A stretch of DNA of 64,000 nt, from positions 320,001 to 384,000 of the forward strand of contig CBFIAK010000001.1 of assembly GCA_965660445.1 (NCBI GenBank). The letters run 5' to 3'. This DNA comes from Patescibacteria group bacterium. GTDB taxonomy: Bacteria; Patescibacteriota; Gracilibacteria; UBA4473. Made by a program: the position numbers and the translations under genes. Position 1 is the first letter of the stretch. Each line of letters opens with the position of its first letter. A model generated the notes under the pieces. That model was not told where the DNA came from and did not search any database. It worked only from the letters and a program-made list of their open reading frames with translations. Below are positions 39,196 to 49,186 of this stretch, piece by piece.

Positions 39196-39655
39196 ATGAC
39201 TTCATACTTCCAGTAAATGGTATACACCATTGACTTACAGTATTGCGTCATAACCTCGTCTTAAAAAAAATTCTTGACGCTACCGCTAAATTTTTTTTAG
39301 CAATCGCACTATTGCATGAATGACTTCATACTTCCAGTAAATGGAGAAGTTGGAATCTGGAATCCGGAATCTTGAATCTAGAATGAATCACAAGAAGCAC
39401 AGATAATCACAAGGTTTCAGATTCAAGCGCTTTAGCGCTCTGCGCTTCCCCATAATTCTTACTTCATACTTCTTATTCCATACGCTACCGCTAAATTTTT
39501 TTTAGCAATCGCATTATCGCATGAATGACTTCATACTTCCAGTAAATGGAGAAGTTGGAATCTGGAATCCGGAATCTTGAATGAATCACAAGAAGCACAG
39601 ATAATCACAAGATTCCAGATTCAGGATTCTAGATTCGAGCTCTTTAGAGCTTCCA
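39196..39655. repeat. Duplicated ~165-bp structured element (period 205 bp) with heptamer repeats
   Basis: Copies start at 39277 and 39482; 25-mer ATGACTTCATACTTCCAGTAAATGG at 39196, 39320 and 39525; GGAATCT-type 7-mers with their inverted complements. Confidence 0.9.
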
Positions 39656-39801
39656 TGCTTCATACCTTTGGAGTTTGTCTCAAACAGCCACAGAACTATA
39701 TCAAAAAAATTCATTTTGTGAAATTTATTTTGTGTACCTGTTTATAAATACATTGACTTTGTAAAAAAAAGATGTAAAAACTATTTACAAAAAAAATTAA
39801 A

Positions 39802-40818
39802 ATGAATTTATATAAACTTGTTGGGGTCGTGCTCTCGTTTTGTTGTGTGGCTTCGGTTTCTGCGCAATCAGTGAAATATAGGTTAATAGAGGGAGGAGAA
39901 GACCTTATTATGCATTACGAAAAAGAAAAGAACCTTTCGGCAAATAAAGAAACGATTAGCATTCGTACAACACTTGATAAAGCCCAATGGATGTCGAGTA
40001 TACGTGATGAAAATGAAGAAAATACAACACATTTACCACAAGAAGAAAATGAGGATTTGGAAACAGCTTCCTCCCAGATTCCAAACGAAACTATAAAAAA
40101 ATTGGTTTTCTCAAAATCCGATCCAAAAACAAAAAAATCTAAAAAACGGTCTCGAATAATCATACCTATCCCCCCACAAACGAATGCCGTACCAATAGGA
40201 AGAGATATGATTCAAGAACTTGATAAAGAATCAATGGTTGATGAAATCCTCTCTGATGTGAAACATTTAAACTATACCTATAAAAAAGTGAATTTTTATA
40301 CATTTCTTCGAAAAAAGTTACTCACCGATATTCCGTCGAATATCCATACAGAATCGCAATACCGTCAATGGGCAACGGATACAAAATGGAGAATTGTGAG
40401 TATGCATGCTGTGTTTCAAGTGGCTGTAGAAAACATTTCTCAATATGAGCCTATTATTCAAAAAGCATCTCGTGATTATGGTGTACCAGTCTCACTTATT
40501 AGAGCTATAATCACGCAAGAATCACATGCAAACCCTCAGGTAAGATCTCATAAAGGAGCAAAAGGACTTATGCAAGTAATAGACACAACAGGGGATCTCT
40601 TTGGAGTTGATGACCTGTATGACCCCGTACAAAATATACGTGCTGGTACACAATATATCCGAGATATGATCTATCTTTTTCAAGGAAATAAAGACCTCGC
40701 CATTGCTGCCTATAACGCAGGGGGTGGCGCTGTCCAAAGATATGGGGAAATTCCCCCATACAGAGAAACACAAAACTATGTCGAACGAGTGAAAGATTTT
40801 ATGGTTCTTTACCAATAA
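39802..40818 (+). CDS. Secreted lytic transglycosylase (SLT domain)
   Basis: Signal peptide, AII.QES, GA.GLMQ, AAYNAG, ETQNYV. Confidence 0.93.
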   Translation: MNLYKLVGVVLSFCCVASVSAQSVKYRLIEGGEDLIMHYEKEKNLSANKETISIRTTLDKAQWMSSIRDENEENTTHLPQEENEDLETASSQIPNETIKKLVFSKSDPKTKKSKKRSRIIIPIPPQTNAVPIGRDMIQELDKESMVDEILSDVKHLNYTYKKVNFYTFLRKKLLTDIPSNIHTESQYRQWATDTKWRIVSMHAVFQVAVENISQYEPIIQKASRDYGVPVSLIRAIITQESHANPQVRSHKGAKGLMQVIDTTGDLFGVDDLYDPVQNIRAGTQYIRDMIYLFQGNKDLAIAAYNAGGGAVQRYGEIPPYRETQNYVERVKDFMVLYQ

Positions 40819-40827
40819 AAAAACACT

Positions 40828-41265
40828 CTATAACGCGTCAAGCTGGTTTCGTCGACGTTGATGACGTTCATCAAAATCTATTTCTGTACCTAAAAACGTA
40901 TCAACAATAGACAACGCATCATCAAAAAGATGTGTGCGCCCACCAAGTGCGAGTATCTGCGCTCCGTTGTGAGCCCGCCCAAGTTGTGCCATTTCTTTTG
41001 AGTATGCGAGCACTGCACGAGCTCCTTTAACCTTATTGGCGGCTATAGAAATACCGATTCCTGATCCGCAAATAATAATGCCTAATGCGTTTCTATGAGC
41101 CACAACTTTTTGTGCAACAGCCTGTCCAAACGCTGGGTAATCACATGTATCAGAAGAAGTGCACCCTTCGTCATGCACCTGATATGATTTCCCTTGTAAA
41201 TATGTTTTAATACGTTCTTTTAAAGCAAACCCTGCGTGATCGGAACCGAGAAAAATGTCAGTCAT
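40828..41265 (-). CDS. rpiB: Ribose-5-phosphate isomerase B
   Basis: GSDHAG, DYP, CGSGIG..IAANK, RH.RR. Confidence 0.95.
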   Translation of the reverse strand: MTDIFLGSDHAGFALKERIKTYLQGKSYQVHDEGCTSSDTCDYPAFGQAVAQKVVAHRNALGIIICGSGIGISIAANKVKGARAVLAYSKEMAQLGRAHNGAQILALGGRTHLFDDALSIVDTFLGTEIDFDERHQRRRNQLDAL

Positions 41266-42407
41266 GAGAGAAGTGATTGAATATAAGTTTCTAAATTTTT
41301 TTGAAACATGCGTACATCAAATTTCTGTCCGCGGTTCGATAAGGTATCACCATCAAACTCAGATTGATGAGACTCGAACCAATCAATAGATTTTTGTAAA
41401 CTCTCAACGGTTTGTGCATCAAACGGTACGCCGTAAGGCATCCCCCCAACTGATTCACAAGCGCCTCCTTTGTTGTAATAAAGCACAGGTGTACCACTGC
41501 TCAGTGATTCTACAGGGACAAGCCCAAAGTCTTCTTCCGAAGGAAAAATCAGAGCTTTCGCTTCTGCGTATAAACGAGGTAGGTCTTTGGTGTGCGTAAA
41601 CCCTAAAAATTCAATATTCGAAGCATTGTGATCGCGTGCCTTTTGACGACATCGGTCGTATTCAGGACCAATTCCTGCCAGTTTTAATGGTTTTTTGTTG
41701 GCAATAAAAGTATCGACCAAAAGATCAAATTTTTTATAAGGAATAAACCGACCAACGCCTAAGTAATACGATTTTTTTTGAGCTGATGATGCGTTTTTTA
41801 TATATGGAGTTGTGTCTATACCAGGGTGAATGGTTTTTGAGTCACGGTTATAATACGTTTTAATACGGTTTCCTACAAAATGAGAGTTTGAAATAAAATA
41901 ATCAACCCCCGAAATAGCCTTTTGATCTATCTTCTCCAGTTGATTTAAGAGAAAAGGAAGTATCCATTTTACCGGACGAGCAAACCAAGGGAGGGGATAG
42001 GTTTGTAAGTACTCTTTACGTGCGTTATATAAAAACCGTATGGGTGTGTGACAATAACAAATATGGATTTGGTCTTTCCTTGTTTTTTGTACGCATTTAG
42101 AAAACCCAGAACTCGATGAGGAAATAAGTATATCAAACTCTGAAAAATCAAACTGCCGAAACGCTCTTGGAAAAAAGGGGAGTAAAAACTGGTGCTTGTG
42201 TCGTAAAAATGCTGGTAGTTTTTGAAGGAAGCTGGTGTGTACACGATACGGACGAAACTCAGGAAATAAGTCTTCATTGTAGACTGATGTAAAAACCTCT
42301 ACGTTTTCAAATAAATCAGCAAGAGCGAGTACTACGTGTTCTGCTCCTCCTCGAGAGGTGAGCCAGTCGGCAACAATTGCTACTTTTTTTTGGGGAAACG
42401 ATTTCAT
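41262..42407 (-). CDS. Glycosyltransferase family 4
   Basis: DWL...GGAE, YCHTP, EEDFGLVPVES. Confidence 0.92.
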   Translation of the reverse strand: MKSFPQKKVAIVADWLTSRGGAEHVVLALADLFENVEVFTSVYNEDLFPEFRPYRVHTSFLQKLPAFLRHKHQFLLPFFPRAFRQFDFSEFDILISSSSSGFSKCVQKTRKDQIHICYCHTPIRFLYNARKEYLQTYPLPWFARPVKWILPFLLNQLEKIDQKAISGVDYFISNSHFVGNRIKTYYNRDSKTIHPGIDTTPYIKNASSAQKKSYYLGVGRFIPYKKFDLLVDTFIANKKPLKLAGIGPEYDRCRQKARDHNASNIEFLGFTHTKDLPRLYAEAKALIFPSEEDFGLVPVESLSSGTPVLYYNKGGACESVGGMPYGVPFDAQTVESLQKSIDWFESHQSEFDGDTLSNRGQKFDVRMFQKNLETYIQSLLS

Positions 42408-42447
42408 ATCGTCTGTATTGTGGGGAAAAACAATCAGTTTGTAAATC

Positions 42448-42894
42448 TTATTTCAGAAAAGACAGTATCTTTCGGGCATATGTTTTTGATGTATACGATT
42501 CAAGATCAGAAACCGCAACCCATGTACCATCACAGAGTTCTGATTCTTGCAACATAATATCACCCGATATATATACCGCATGAAAAAAAACGACAAACGC
42601 TCCTTTATAGAATGTATGACGAGCAAACTCTGGAGGAAAATTGTACCAATAGGTTCCTTTTGGACAGGGAGAAAATCGAACTATAATATCACCACATTCT
42701 TCACAAAGTTCTCGTTTTGCCGCTTCAAGGAATGTTTCGTGCAAATCTTTGCCTCCTTGTGGGAGTTGCCATGCATGATCTTTTCGGGGTTTTTTTACTA
42801 AAAAAAGAGCGTTTCCTCTTTGAAGAATAATCCCTGAAACAGGTCGAAATGCCCGAATTCTGCAAAAATAAAACTGTTGAAGTTTATGCAACAT
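42448..42894 (-). CDS. NUDIX hydrolase
   Basis: WQLPQGG...ET..EAA.REL.EE.G. Confidence 0.88.
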   Translation of the reverse strand: MLHKLQQFYFCRIRAFRPVSGIILQRGNALFLVKKPRKDHAWQLPQGGKDLHETFLEAAKRELCEECGDIIVRFSPCPKGTYWYNFPPEFARHTFYKGAFVVFFHAVYISGDIMLQESELCDGTWVAVSDLESYTSKTYARKILSFLK

Positions 42895-43375
42895 TCAGAA
42901 TTTCGTAGTGAAAAACTCCTCCTGGAGCTTTTACCTCAACAGTATCTTTTACTTTTTTTCCTAAGATAGCTGTTCCAACAGGGGATTCGTTTGAAATTTT
43001 GTGCATAATAGGATCAGCCTCTGTTGATCCAACAATAGTGTATTCGTGTTGTTCACCCGTTTCATTGAGTTTGAGCATAACAGTTGATCCAATTTGAATG
43101 ATTCCTGTAGCATTTTTTGATTCTTGAATGACTTCTGCGTATTTGATTTGTTCTTCGAGTTCTGAAATTCGGTACTCTAAAAACGATTGTTCGGTTTTTG
43201 CTTCATCGTATTCTGAGTTTTCAGATAAGTCTCCATACGAAATAGCTTCTTTGAGTCGTTCAGCTATCTCTTTTCGACGGGTGTCTTTGAGGTATGCTAA
43301 TTCTTCCTCAAGCTTTTGAAGTCCCTTCGTGGTTACGAGAATTTTTTTTACTGATGATTCGTTCTTTTTAGACAT
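42884..43375 (-). CDS. greA: Transcription elongation factor GreA
   Basis: GDLSENSEY, IS.ESP.G.A..G; ATG 43375 is the likely start. Confidence 0.97.
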   Translation of the reverse strand: MSKKNESSVKKILVTTKGLQKLEEELAYLKDTRRKEIAERLKEAISYGDLSENSEYDEAKTEQSFLEYRISELEEQIKYAEVIQESKNATGIIQIGSTVMLKLNETGEQHEYTIVGSTEADPIMHKISNESPVGTAILGKKVKDTVEVKAPGGVFHYEILNVA

Positions 43376-43444
43376 AGTACTAAGAAAAAATATTAAAAAA
43401 GCCTCCAAAATCTAATAGATTCCTAAAAAAAAGCAAGTTTTTAT

Positions 43445-43478
43445 AAAAAAAGGCAGATAGAATTCATTCTATCTGCCT
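43445..43478 (-). terminator. Intrinsic terminator
   Basis: AGGCAGATAGAAT/ATTCTATCTGCCT stem with U-run on the minus strand. Confidence 0.8.
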
Positions 43479-43485
43479 GTAGTTT

Positions 43486-44043
43486 TTACTGGAACTTATC
43501 CAGTATCATGAACTGAGTTATCATTTTTGCAAAAAGATTGAGCGTTTCGAGCTGATCTTTTGGTTTGAATCTATTTCTTAATTTCTCAATATCTCCAGTG
43601 ACCATAACCAGTATTTCGTCGTCTAGGGGAGCCGTTGTAAAAGATATCATTAAGAAAATATCTTCATCTGCCATATAGAGAATAATAACAAGTGCATCGT
43701 ATGATTTTTTCCCTACAGACATACGGTTTTCCTCAATGGCAACTGTCATATAGATGTTACCAGCAGAGGCGTCTTCTCGTTCAATGTAGATATGATTATT
43801 ATGTAAATAATAATCTCCTGCATTATGATTCTCGCGCGTCATATTATTTTTTTCAAGCAATACATGCATTGCTTTTGTGTTGTCTTTCGCTTTTTCAATA
43901 TACCAAAAAGGAAAAGAAACAACCTCCATGTTCATATTTCTCGATTCTAGATCTTCAAGAGAATTGAGCACTTCCACTGCATCTCGTGCTTGCGAAAATG
44001 CAAGAGATGGTATGAACATCAGTGCTACAAAGAATAATTGCAT
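43486..44043 (-). CDS. Secreted hypothetical protein
   Basis: GGAGG SD before ATG 44043; signal peptide MQLFFVALMFIPSLAFS. Confidence 0.7.
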   Translation of the reverse strand: MQLFFVALMFIPSLAFSQARDAVEVLNSLEDLESRNMNMEVVSFPFWYIEKAKDNTKAMHVLLEKNNMTRENHNAGDYYLHNNHIYIEREDASAGNIYMTVAIEENRMSVGKKSYDALVIILYMADEDIFLMISFTTAPLDDEILVMVTGDIEKLRNRFKPKDQLETLNLFAKMITQFMILDKFQ

Positions 44044-44160
44044 AAAAACCTCCAATCTTTATTAAATGATTACTGTCAAAGAAAGAATAATCAGTGTGAA
44101 CTTTTTCGTACCACAGATTATATATTCTAAAATAGCATGTATTTATAATAAGTCAATTTC

Positions 44161-45678
44161 TTAGTTTTTAAAGTTTCGGATGAGACGTTTTTGTTCTTTG
44201 TTGAGTAAGAACTTATTAAATATACGTCCGCTTGGAGTGAGTTTTAAAAACGCGTCTTTAATACTTGGAACACTCATCCGAATGACTTCTCCTCGGGCGG
44301 CTTTTACTCCTGTTTTAGCCGCATTCCCAGCACTTTTCTCCGTAATTTCTTTTGCGGCTTTTTGCTCAGCCTTTTGAAGACCTTCTTTTGTGACTTTTAT
44401 GGTTTGTTTTTTGACTCCATCTTTTGTTTTCTCGGTAATTCCATCTTTTAATACTCGTTTTGTGAGTTGGTCTCGAATTTCAGATTGTGCTATTTTTGTT
44501 CCTCCTCGTAGAGCAAGACCACCTCCCATTGTAGCAAAAATAAACCCAATATCAGCGAGTCCGAATCCCATTTCTATAATAATATCAACAATTTCTTCCG
44601 TTGTGGCGGGTTCTTTTGATTGAAGCGCCGCAATGAGTTTTTCTCCTCCTGTCCAGACTCCATACCCAGGCATCCAGGTTTTGATATTGTCCCAATCGAA
44701 AAAGTCTTCTTTGAATTGTCCAAAATCATCTGCCTCAAGACCTGTTATAAGAGCATCGACGGTTACTTGTGCAACCATCAGTCCTCCAACTCCTTTTACC
44801 ATGCGCATTCCGTTTACTCCTTTTCCTTTTGAGAGTTGTTTCTGGAATCCTTCAGGATCAGCTTTCATACCTTTTTCTAACGCATCACCATAAATTTTCT
44901 GTGTTTGCTTGAGCATGTCTCCACTATGGACGGTATTTCCTTTTTTAAATAAATCATCTAATTGTCCTTTCTGTGCATTTTTGACATGATCGAGGGCTAA
45001 TTTATCAGCTTTGTGTTCGCGAACTTCTGAGGCAACAGCTGTGGCGGTTTTTACATTTTTTTCAGCTAAATCCATGATCTGGTCTTTGTGTTTTCCGATA
45101 TCATGGGCGAGTGATCGTGTTGGAGTCCATAATAATAACTCGTTTTTGTTTGATCGTGCTACTTGATACCCCACGACAGATTTTAAAGCACTCCAAAGTC
45201 CGGAAAAAAATCCGTTTCCACTGTGATATGCTTTTTTGGCAACGTCACCCATGGATCTCATTTTTACAACTCCTTTTTCGTTTTTGTGTGTATAGGTATG
45301 GGCGAAAGTATCAATTCTATCAACCATGCCCCCTCCTCCGCCGTTTCCCATGAACTTTTTCAGTATTGGGTTTTGGCTTGTTTTTTTTAGTGTTTCAAAT
45401 TTTGTGTTGAATTTTCCAAGTTTTGCTTCATCAAAAAACATATCGGTGGCTTCTTTGGCTTTTGGGTTTTTTAAAATATCCTCAATAGTGCCACTGTGTT
45501 TATCGAGTCCAAGCGATTCGGGTGCTATATCTGAGAGTCGCGAAGCAGTGCGTTCTAAAATATCAGTCTTCTTTGTTGTTTCGACTGTGCGGGAGAGCCC
45601 GCGTAGTTCTAAATCAGCTTCAGCATTTGAGCGAATTGTTGGAGATGACGAAATTTTTTCAGGCATGCGTTCAACCAT
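44161..45678 (-). CDS. Hypothetical Lys/Gly-rich protein with C-terminal hydrophobic segments
   Basis: 505-aa ORF; no Sec signal. Confidence 0.75.
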   Translation of the reverse strand: MVERMPEKISSSPTIRSNAEADLELRGLSRTVETTKKTDILERTASRLSDIAPESLGLDKHSGTIEDILKNPKAKEATDMFFDEAKLGKFNTKFETLKKTSQNPILKKFMGNGGGGGMVDRIDTFAHTYTHKNEKGVVKMRSMGDVAKKAYHSGNGFFSGLWSALKSVVGYQVARSNKNELLLWTPTRSLAHDIGKHKDQIMDLAEKNVKTATAVASEVREHKADKLALDHVKNAQKGQLDDLFKKGNTVHSGDMLKQTQKIYGDALEKGMKADPEGFQKQLSKGKGVNGMRMVKGVGGLMVAQVTVDALITGLEADDFGQFKEDFFDWDNIKTWMPGYGVWTGGEKLIAALQSKEPATTEEIVDIIIEMGFGLADIGFIFATMGGGLALRGGTKIAQSEIRDQLTKRVLKDGITEKTKDGVKKQTIKVTKEGLQKAEQKAAKEITEKSAGNAAKTGVKAARGEVIRMSVPSIKDAFLKLTPSGRIFNKFLLNKEQKRLIRNFKN

Positions 45679-45737
45679 AGGGAATAATAAATAAAAATCT
45701 TTTTATTATACCAGAGAAAAACGAAAAAATCAACATA

Positions 45738-46325
45738 TCAGTTTTCGAGTTGTGTGCATCGGAGCAGTAAATGAGGTTCCCATTGAAAAGTGAAAGTGTG
45801 TGAAGAGAACGATTTATTGTCTTGAGCAAGAAATGTTCGAATATGGCTCAAGAATTGTACACAGAGTTCTTTTTGAGTACGAAAATCATGGAGAGACGTT
45901 GTCGTCGAAAGATGATCAGCACCTAATACAAAAGTCCACCAACGAGATATTTCTTGTTGTAGCGATTCTTGAATATTCCAGTGGTTGTATTGTGCCCATG
46001 TGGTTACAAATGGGGTGAATTCTTTTTCGCATAATGCTTTACACCGATATTCATGAAGAGAAAGAAACGCAATAATTGTGAGACTCGGCACTTGGTTATC
46101 AATAAGAAATAGAACAAAAAGGATAGATTCTTTTTCAAGTGATGGAATAATGTTTGCTAAAAATCGATCAAACTCAGTTTGTTTGGTTTCATCTTTTTTG
46201 AGTCCTTGCAGTTTTGCTTGAGTGGCTGCAATGCGTTGAGTTATTTCTTCATTTGGGGTTTCAGAAACGGTTTCTGATACATTCCCCATTAAAAGATTAT
46301 CGAGTGAATCGGGTGCGGTTTCCAT
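45738..46325 (-). CDS. Hypothetical protein
   Basis: Likely start METAPD at 46325; the longer ORF overlaps rpmA. Confidence 0.65.
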   Translation of the reverse strand: METAPDSLDNLLMGNVSETVSETPNEEITQRIAATQAKLQGLKKDETKQTEFDRFLANIIPSLEKESILFVLFLIDNQVPSLTIIAFLSLHEYRCKALCEKEFTPFVTTWAQYNHWNIQESLQQEISRWWTFVLGADHLSTTTSLHDFRTQKELCVQFLSHIRTFLAQDNKSFSSHTFTFQWEPHLLLRCTQLEN

Positions 46326-46422
46326 ACAAAAAAATAAGAAAGACGCGCCTATCATACTTGAAAAAAACAGAAAAAAAAGACACTTTTGGTGTCTTTTTTT
46401 GTTTTGTTTCTTGAATTGGTGC

Positions 46423-46698
46423 TTATGCAACAACGTTGACAAACCGACGAGGGTATCGACGACCATCAAACCGAATAATTGCTTTTTCGCTAAACTCTAC
46501 TTTTCCGTCTGCTAAAGCAAACAAAGTAAAATCTCGTCCTAAACCAACATTTTTTCCAGGACGAAACACGGTTCCTTTTTGTCGTACAAGAACTTCTCCT
46601 GCACGTACCATTTGTTCCCCAAACCGTTTCACGCCTCGGCGTTTGGCATTGGAGTCTCTACCGTTTTTGGACGAACCACCTGCTTTCTTGTGAGCCAT
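46423..46698 (-). CDS. rpmA: 50S ribosomal protein L27
   Basis: [22 protein letters not shown]. Confidence 0.98.
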   Translation of the reverse strand: MAHKKAGGSSKNGRDSNAKRRGVKRFGEQMVRAGEVLVRQKGTVFRPGKNVGLGRDFTLFALADGKVEFSEKAIIRFDGRRYPRRFVNVVA

Positions 46699-46831
46699 AA
46701 GAGTATTTTCTTAAAAAAATGCTTTCCAACTTTAATAGTTTTTATGACCTTGTCAATTTTTCGTGCTTTTTTTTTGCCGAAACAAGAAAAAGACGCATAA
46801 TGCGGATGTATCATTTCTTGATTTTGTTTCT

Positions 46832-48013
46832 ATGTCTCTCTATTTATGCGTTTTAGGACGTAACCATGAGCTTTCTCGTTCAGAGCTGCAGTATTTTGGA
46901 ACAGAGGTGTTTTCTGATTCAGAGAAAGCGTTATCGATTATGGAACTGAATCGGTTTGAAAACCCACGAAATCTTCCAAGACAAAAAGAACAACTTCTTC
47001 TTGATCGACTTGGAGGTGTTATTCGTATGGCTGAAATTATTGGGGAGTTTCGGAGCGAAACAGAGCTAAAACAATCAATTATTCGGTCTATCCAAAACCA
47101 AAAACCAGAAGGAAAAGTTCATTTAGGCGTTTCTGCGTGGGGGTGTGGACGATCGTTTTTAAAACCATTTTTAAGTACGCTCAAACAAGCACTAAAAGAC
47201 CAAGATCGAAATTGTCGTATTATAAATATTTATGGAGACAACCTGGATTCAGGAAAAATATTCGGAGAGAGATTGTTACAGAAAGGGTTTGAATTTATTA
47301 TTTGGAAACGAGGGGATTCGTATTTATTGAGTCAAACTTGTGCGAACCAAAATTTACAAAATTATACTCTGCGTGATCGACATAAAGGGTTTCGTGATGC
47401 ACAAATGGGAATGTTGCCTCCAAAACTAGCACAAATACTTTTAAATATAGCGAATCCGTCATGGGATGATATTGTTATTGACCCGTTTTGTGGAAGCGGA
47501 ACGGTGAATATTGAAGCTGCTATCGTAGGATACTCAACGCTCGGGAGTGATATTGTCGAAAAACATGTCGTAGAATCACAAAGAAACTATAATGAAATGG
47601 GAGAGAAGTTTCGATATGAGGTAAAGGGCAACGAATTTTTTGTGTCGGATGTACAAAAGTTTCCGTTTTCAAAATATACAAATGCAGTTGTTGTAACAGA
47701 AGGAACACTTGGTACAAATTTTCATCATCGTCCGACACTGAATGATATAGAAAAAGAAAAACAGTCTCTTATTCGTCTCTGGAAAAATGTGTTTGGAACA
47801 ATGAAAGACTCTTCTGTTTCAACTGTTGTATTTTGTTTACCGGCTTGGTTTTTACATGGGAAAACGGTGAGTATTGCCCATCAAGTATTGCAATTAGCGC
47901 AAGATCAAGGGTTTGTGTGTGAACCAGTTGTAAGCTCATCAAATACCTATATTTATGCCCGTCCAGGGGCTTTTGTAGGACGTGAAATTTGCAAAGTAGT
48001 TCGACGCAGCTAG
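46832..48013 (+). CDS. Class I SAM-dependent (Trm11-like) methyltransferase
   Basis: GMLPPKLAQ, DPFCGSGT...EA, GSD. Confidence 0.8.
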   Translation: MSLYLCVLGRNHELSRSELQYFGTEVFSDSEKALSIMELNRFENPRNLPRQKEQLLLDRLGGVIRMAEIIGEFRSETELKQSIIRSIQNQKPEGKVHLGVSAWGCGRSFLKPFLSTLKQALKDQDRNCRIINIYGDNLDSGKIFGERLLQKGFEFIIWKRGDSYLLSQTCANQNLQNYTLRDRHKGFRDAQMGMLPPKLAQILLNIANPSWDDIVIDPFCGSGTVNIEAAIVGYSTLGSDIVEKHVVESQRNYNEMGEKFRYEVKGNEFFVSDVQKFPFSKYTNAVVVTEGTLGTNFHHRPTLNDIEKEKQSLIRLWKNVFGTMKDSSVSTVVFCLPAWFLHGKTVSIAHQVLQLAQDQGFVCEPVVSSSNTYIYARPGAFVGREICKVVRRS

Positions 48014-48159
48014 GGAGTGGAGTTGACTTATTTGTTGTTTTTATTATAAAACACGTGTTCTTTAACACGTAGATATCGGTTCGTTTTTTAAAAACGAGAC
48101 AGGTATCTCAATACATTTTTAACAGAAAAGTAATACATAATAATTCAAGGAGGTCCGTA

Positions 48160-49152
48160 ATGGATAATTCAATAACAATAAAACAGATAGAAGAAAATCT
48201 ATCTCAAAGGATTCAGAGTGTAGAATCCTATTTCACAAGGGTACTTGATGCACTAAAGAATCGTCCTCAAACCCAATATATAAGGGTGAGAACGGAAGAA
48301 ACAAAGGCTGAGCTTATTGTGCGGAGATATGTACATAAAAAGCTTTCACAAGATCCAAGTGCGTTAATTGATCCAATAGCATTTTATGATCGATTAATTC
48401 AAAAGATATCAGGAGAACTTCTCAATGAAGGGATTCAGATGTTTGGTGCAGGGATTTTTATTCAAGATGAAATAGCACAATTGTGTTTGAGTGATGTGTA
48501 TTTGAACACAACTAATACAGAAAACTTATCATCAAGGGTGTCATCTCAGTATATTCAGTTGGAAAAAGAAAACCAGCGTTTATATAAAGATATTCATTCT
48601 TTAAAACAAAAGTACGAAGAAGTAACTCTGCGTGCGACACAGAATTCTGCTGAGGTGAGTGCGCTCAAATCGGCTCTTGATAAGGCACATGCTGTTTTAT
48701 CGGAGAAGATAAAAGAAAAAGAGGCGTCGTTATCTGTTCGCTCTTCAGAAACTCTCGAAAGTGCTCATCGGGAAGAACAAATTCAAGTGTTTAATAATCA
48801 TTTCCCTTTATCTTTTGATGAGGTTATACACGCTTTATCGGAAAACGGAATAGTTCAACCATCTTTAAAAGGGGTAACTATAAAAATGAGGTATTTGTGT
48901 TCGATCGTTATCCCTCATAATGCGGAAGAAATTATTGAAACAATTTTAGAGAATCTTGATACAGAAAAAGAGTCTCGAGAAAAGTTTTGGCAATTTGTTT
49001 TAGAAGCAGGACGTAAGAACAAAATTCTTCATGACAAAGATCTCATTCAGGACCAAGATCCTGTCTACTGGAAAGAAGTATTTCGTATTGGAATTGATCC
49101 TCATATCTCTCATCAAGAACTTATGAGAGCTGCTTTACGGTTTAAAGTGTAA
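48160..49152 (+). CDS. Hypothetical coiled-coil protein
   Basis: 330 aa, AGGAGG SD, own promoter and terminator. Confidence 0.75.
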   Translation: MDNSITIKQIEENLSQRIQSVESYFTRVLDALKNRPQTQYIRVRTEETKAELIVRRYVHKKLSQDPSALIDPIAFYDRLIQKISGELLNEGIQMFGAGIFIQDEIAQLCLSDVYLNTTNTENLSSRVSSQYIQLEKENQRLYKDIHSLKQKYEEVTLRATQNSAEVSALKSALDKAHAVLSEKIKEKEASLSVRSSETLESAHREEQIQVFNNHFPLSFDEVIHALSENGIVQPSLKGVTIKMRYLCSIVIPHNAEEIIETILENLDTEKESREKFWQFVLEAGRKNKILHDKDLIQDQDPVYWKEVFRIGIDPHISHQELMRAALRFKV

Positions 49153-49157
49153 ACCCC

Positions 49158-49186
49158 CCCTCTTTCTAAGGAAAGAGGGTTTTTTT
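49158..49186 (+). terminator. Intrinsic terminator
   Basis: CCCTCTTTC-taag-GAAAGAGGG followed by T-run. Confidence 0.8.

Noticed and set aside
39024-39251. 75-aa ORF
   Set aside because: Overlaps the tRNA on the same strand; spurious
39196-39549. CRISPR array formed by the three 25-bp repeats
   Set aside because: Spacing is 124 and 205 bp, the intervening sequence is itself duplicated, and no cas genes are present
46436-46693. Antisense ORFs over rpmA (likewise 35721-36038 over the RRM gene and 11990-12274 over rny)
   Set aside because: Reverse-frame shadows of conserved genes
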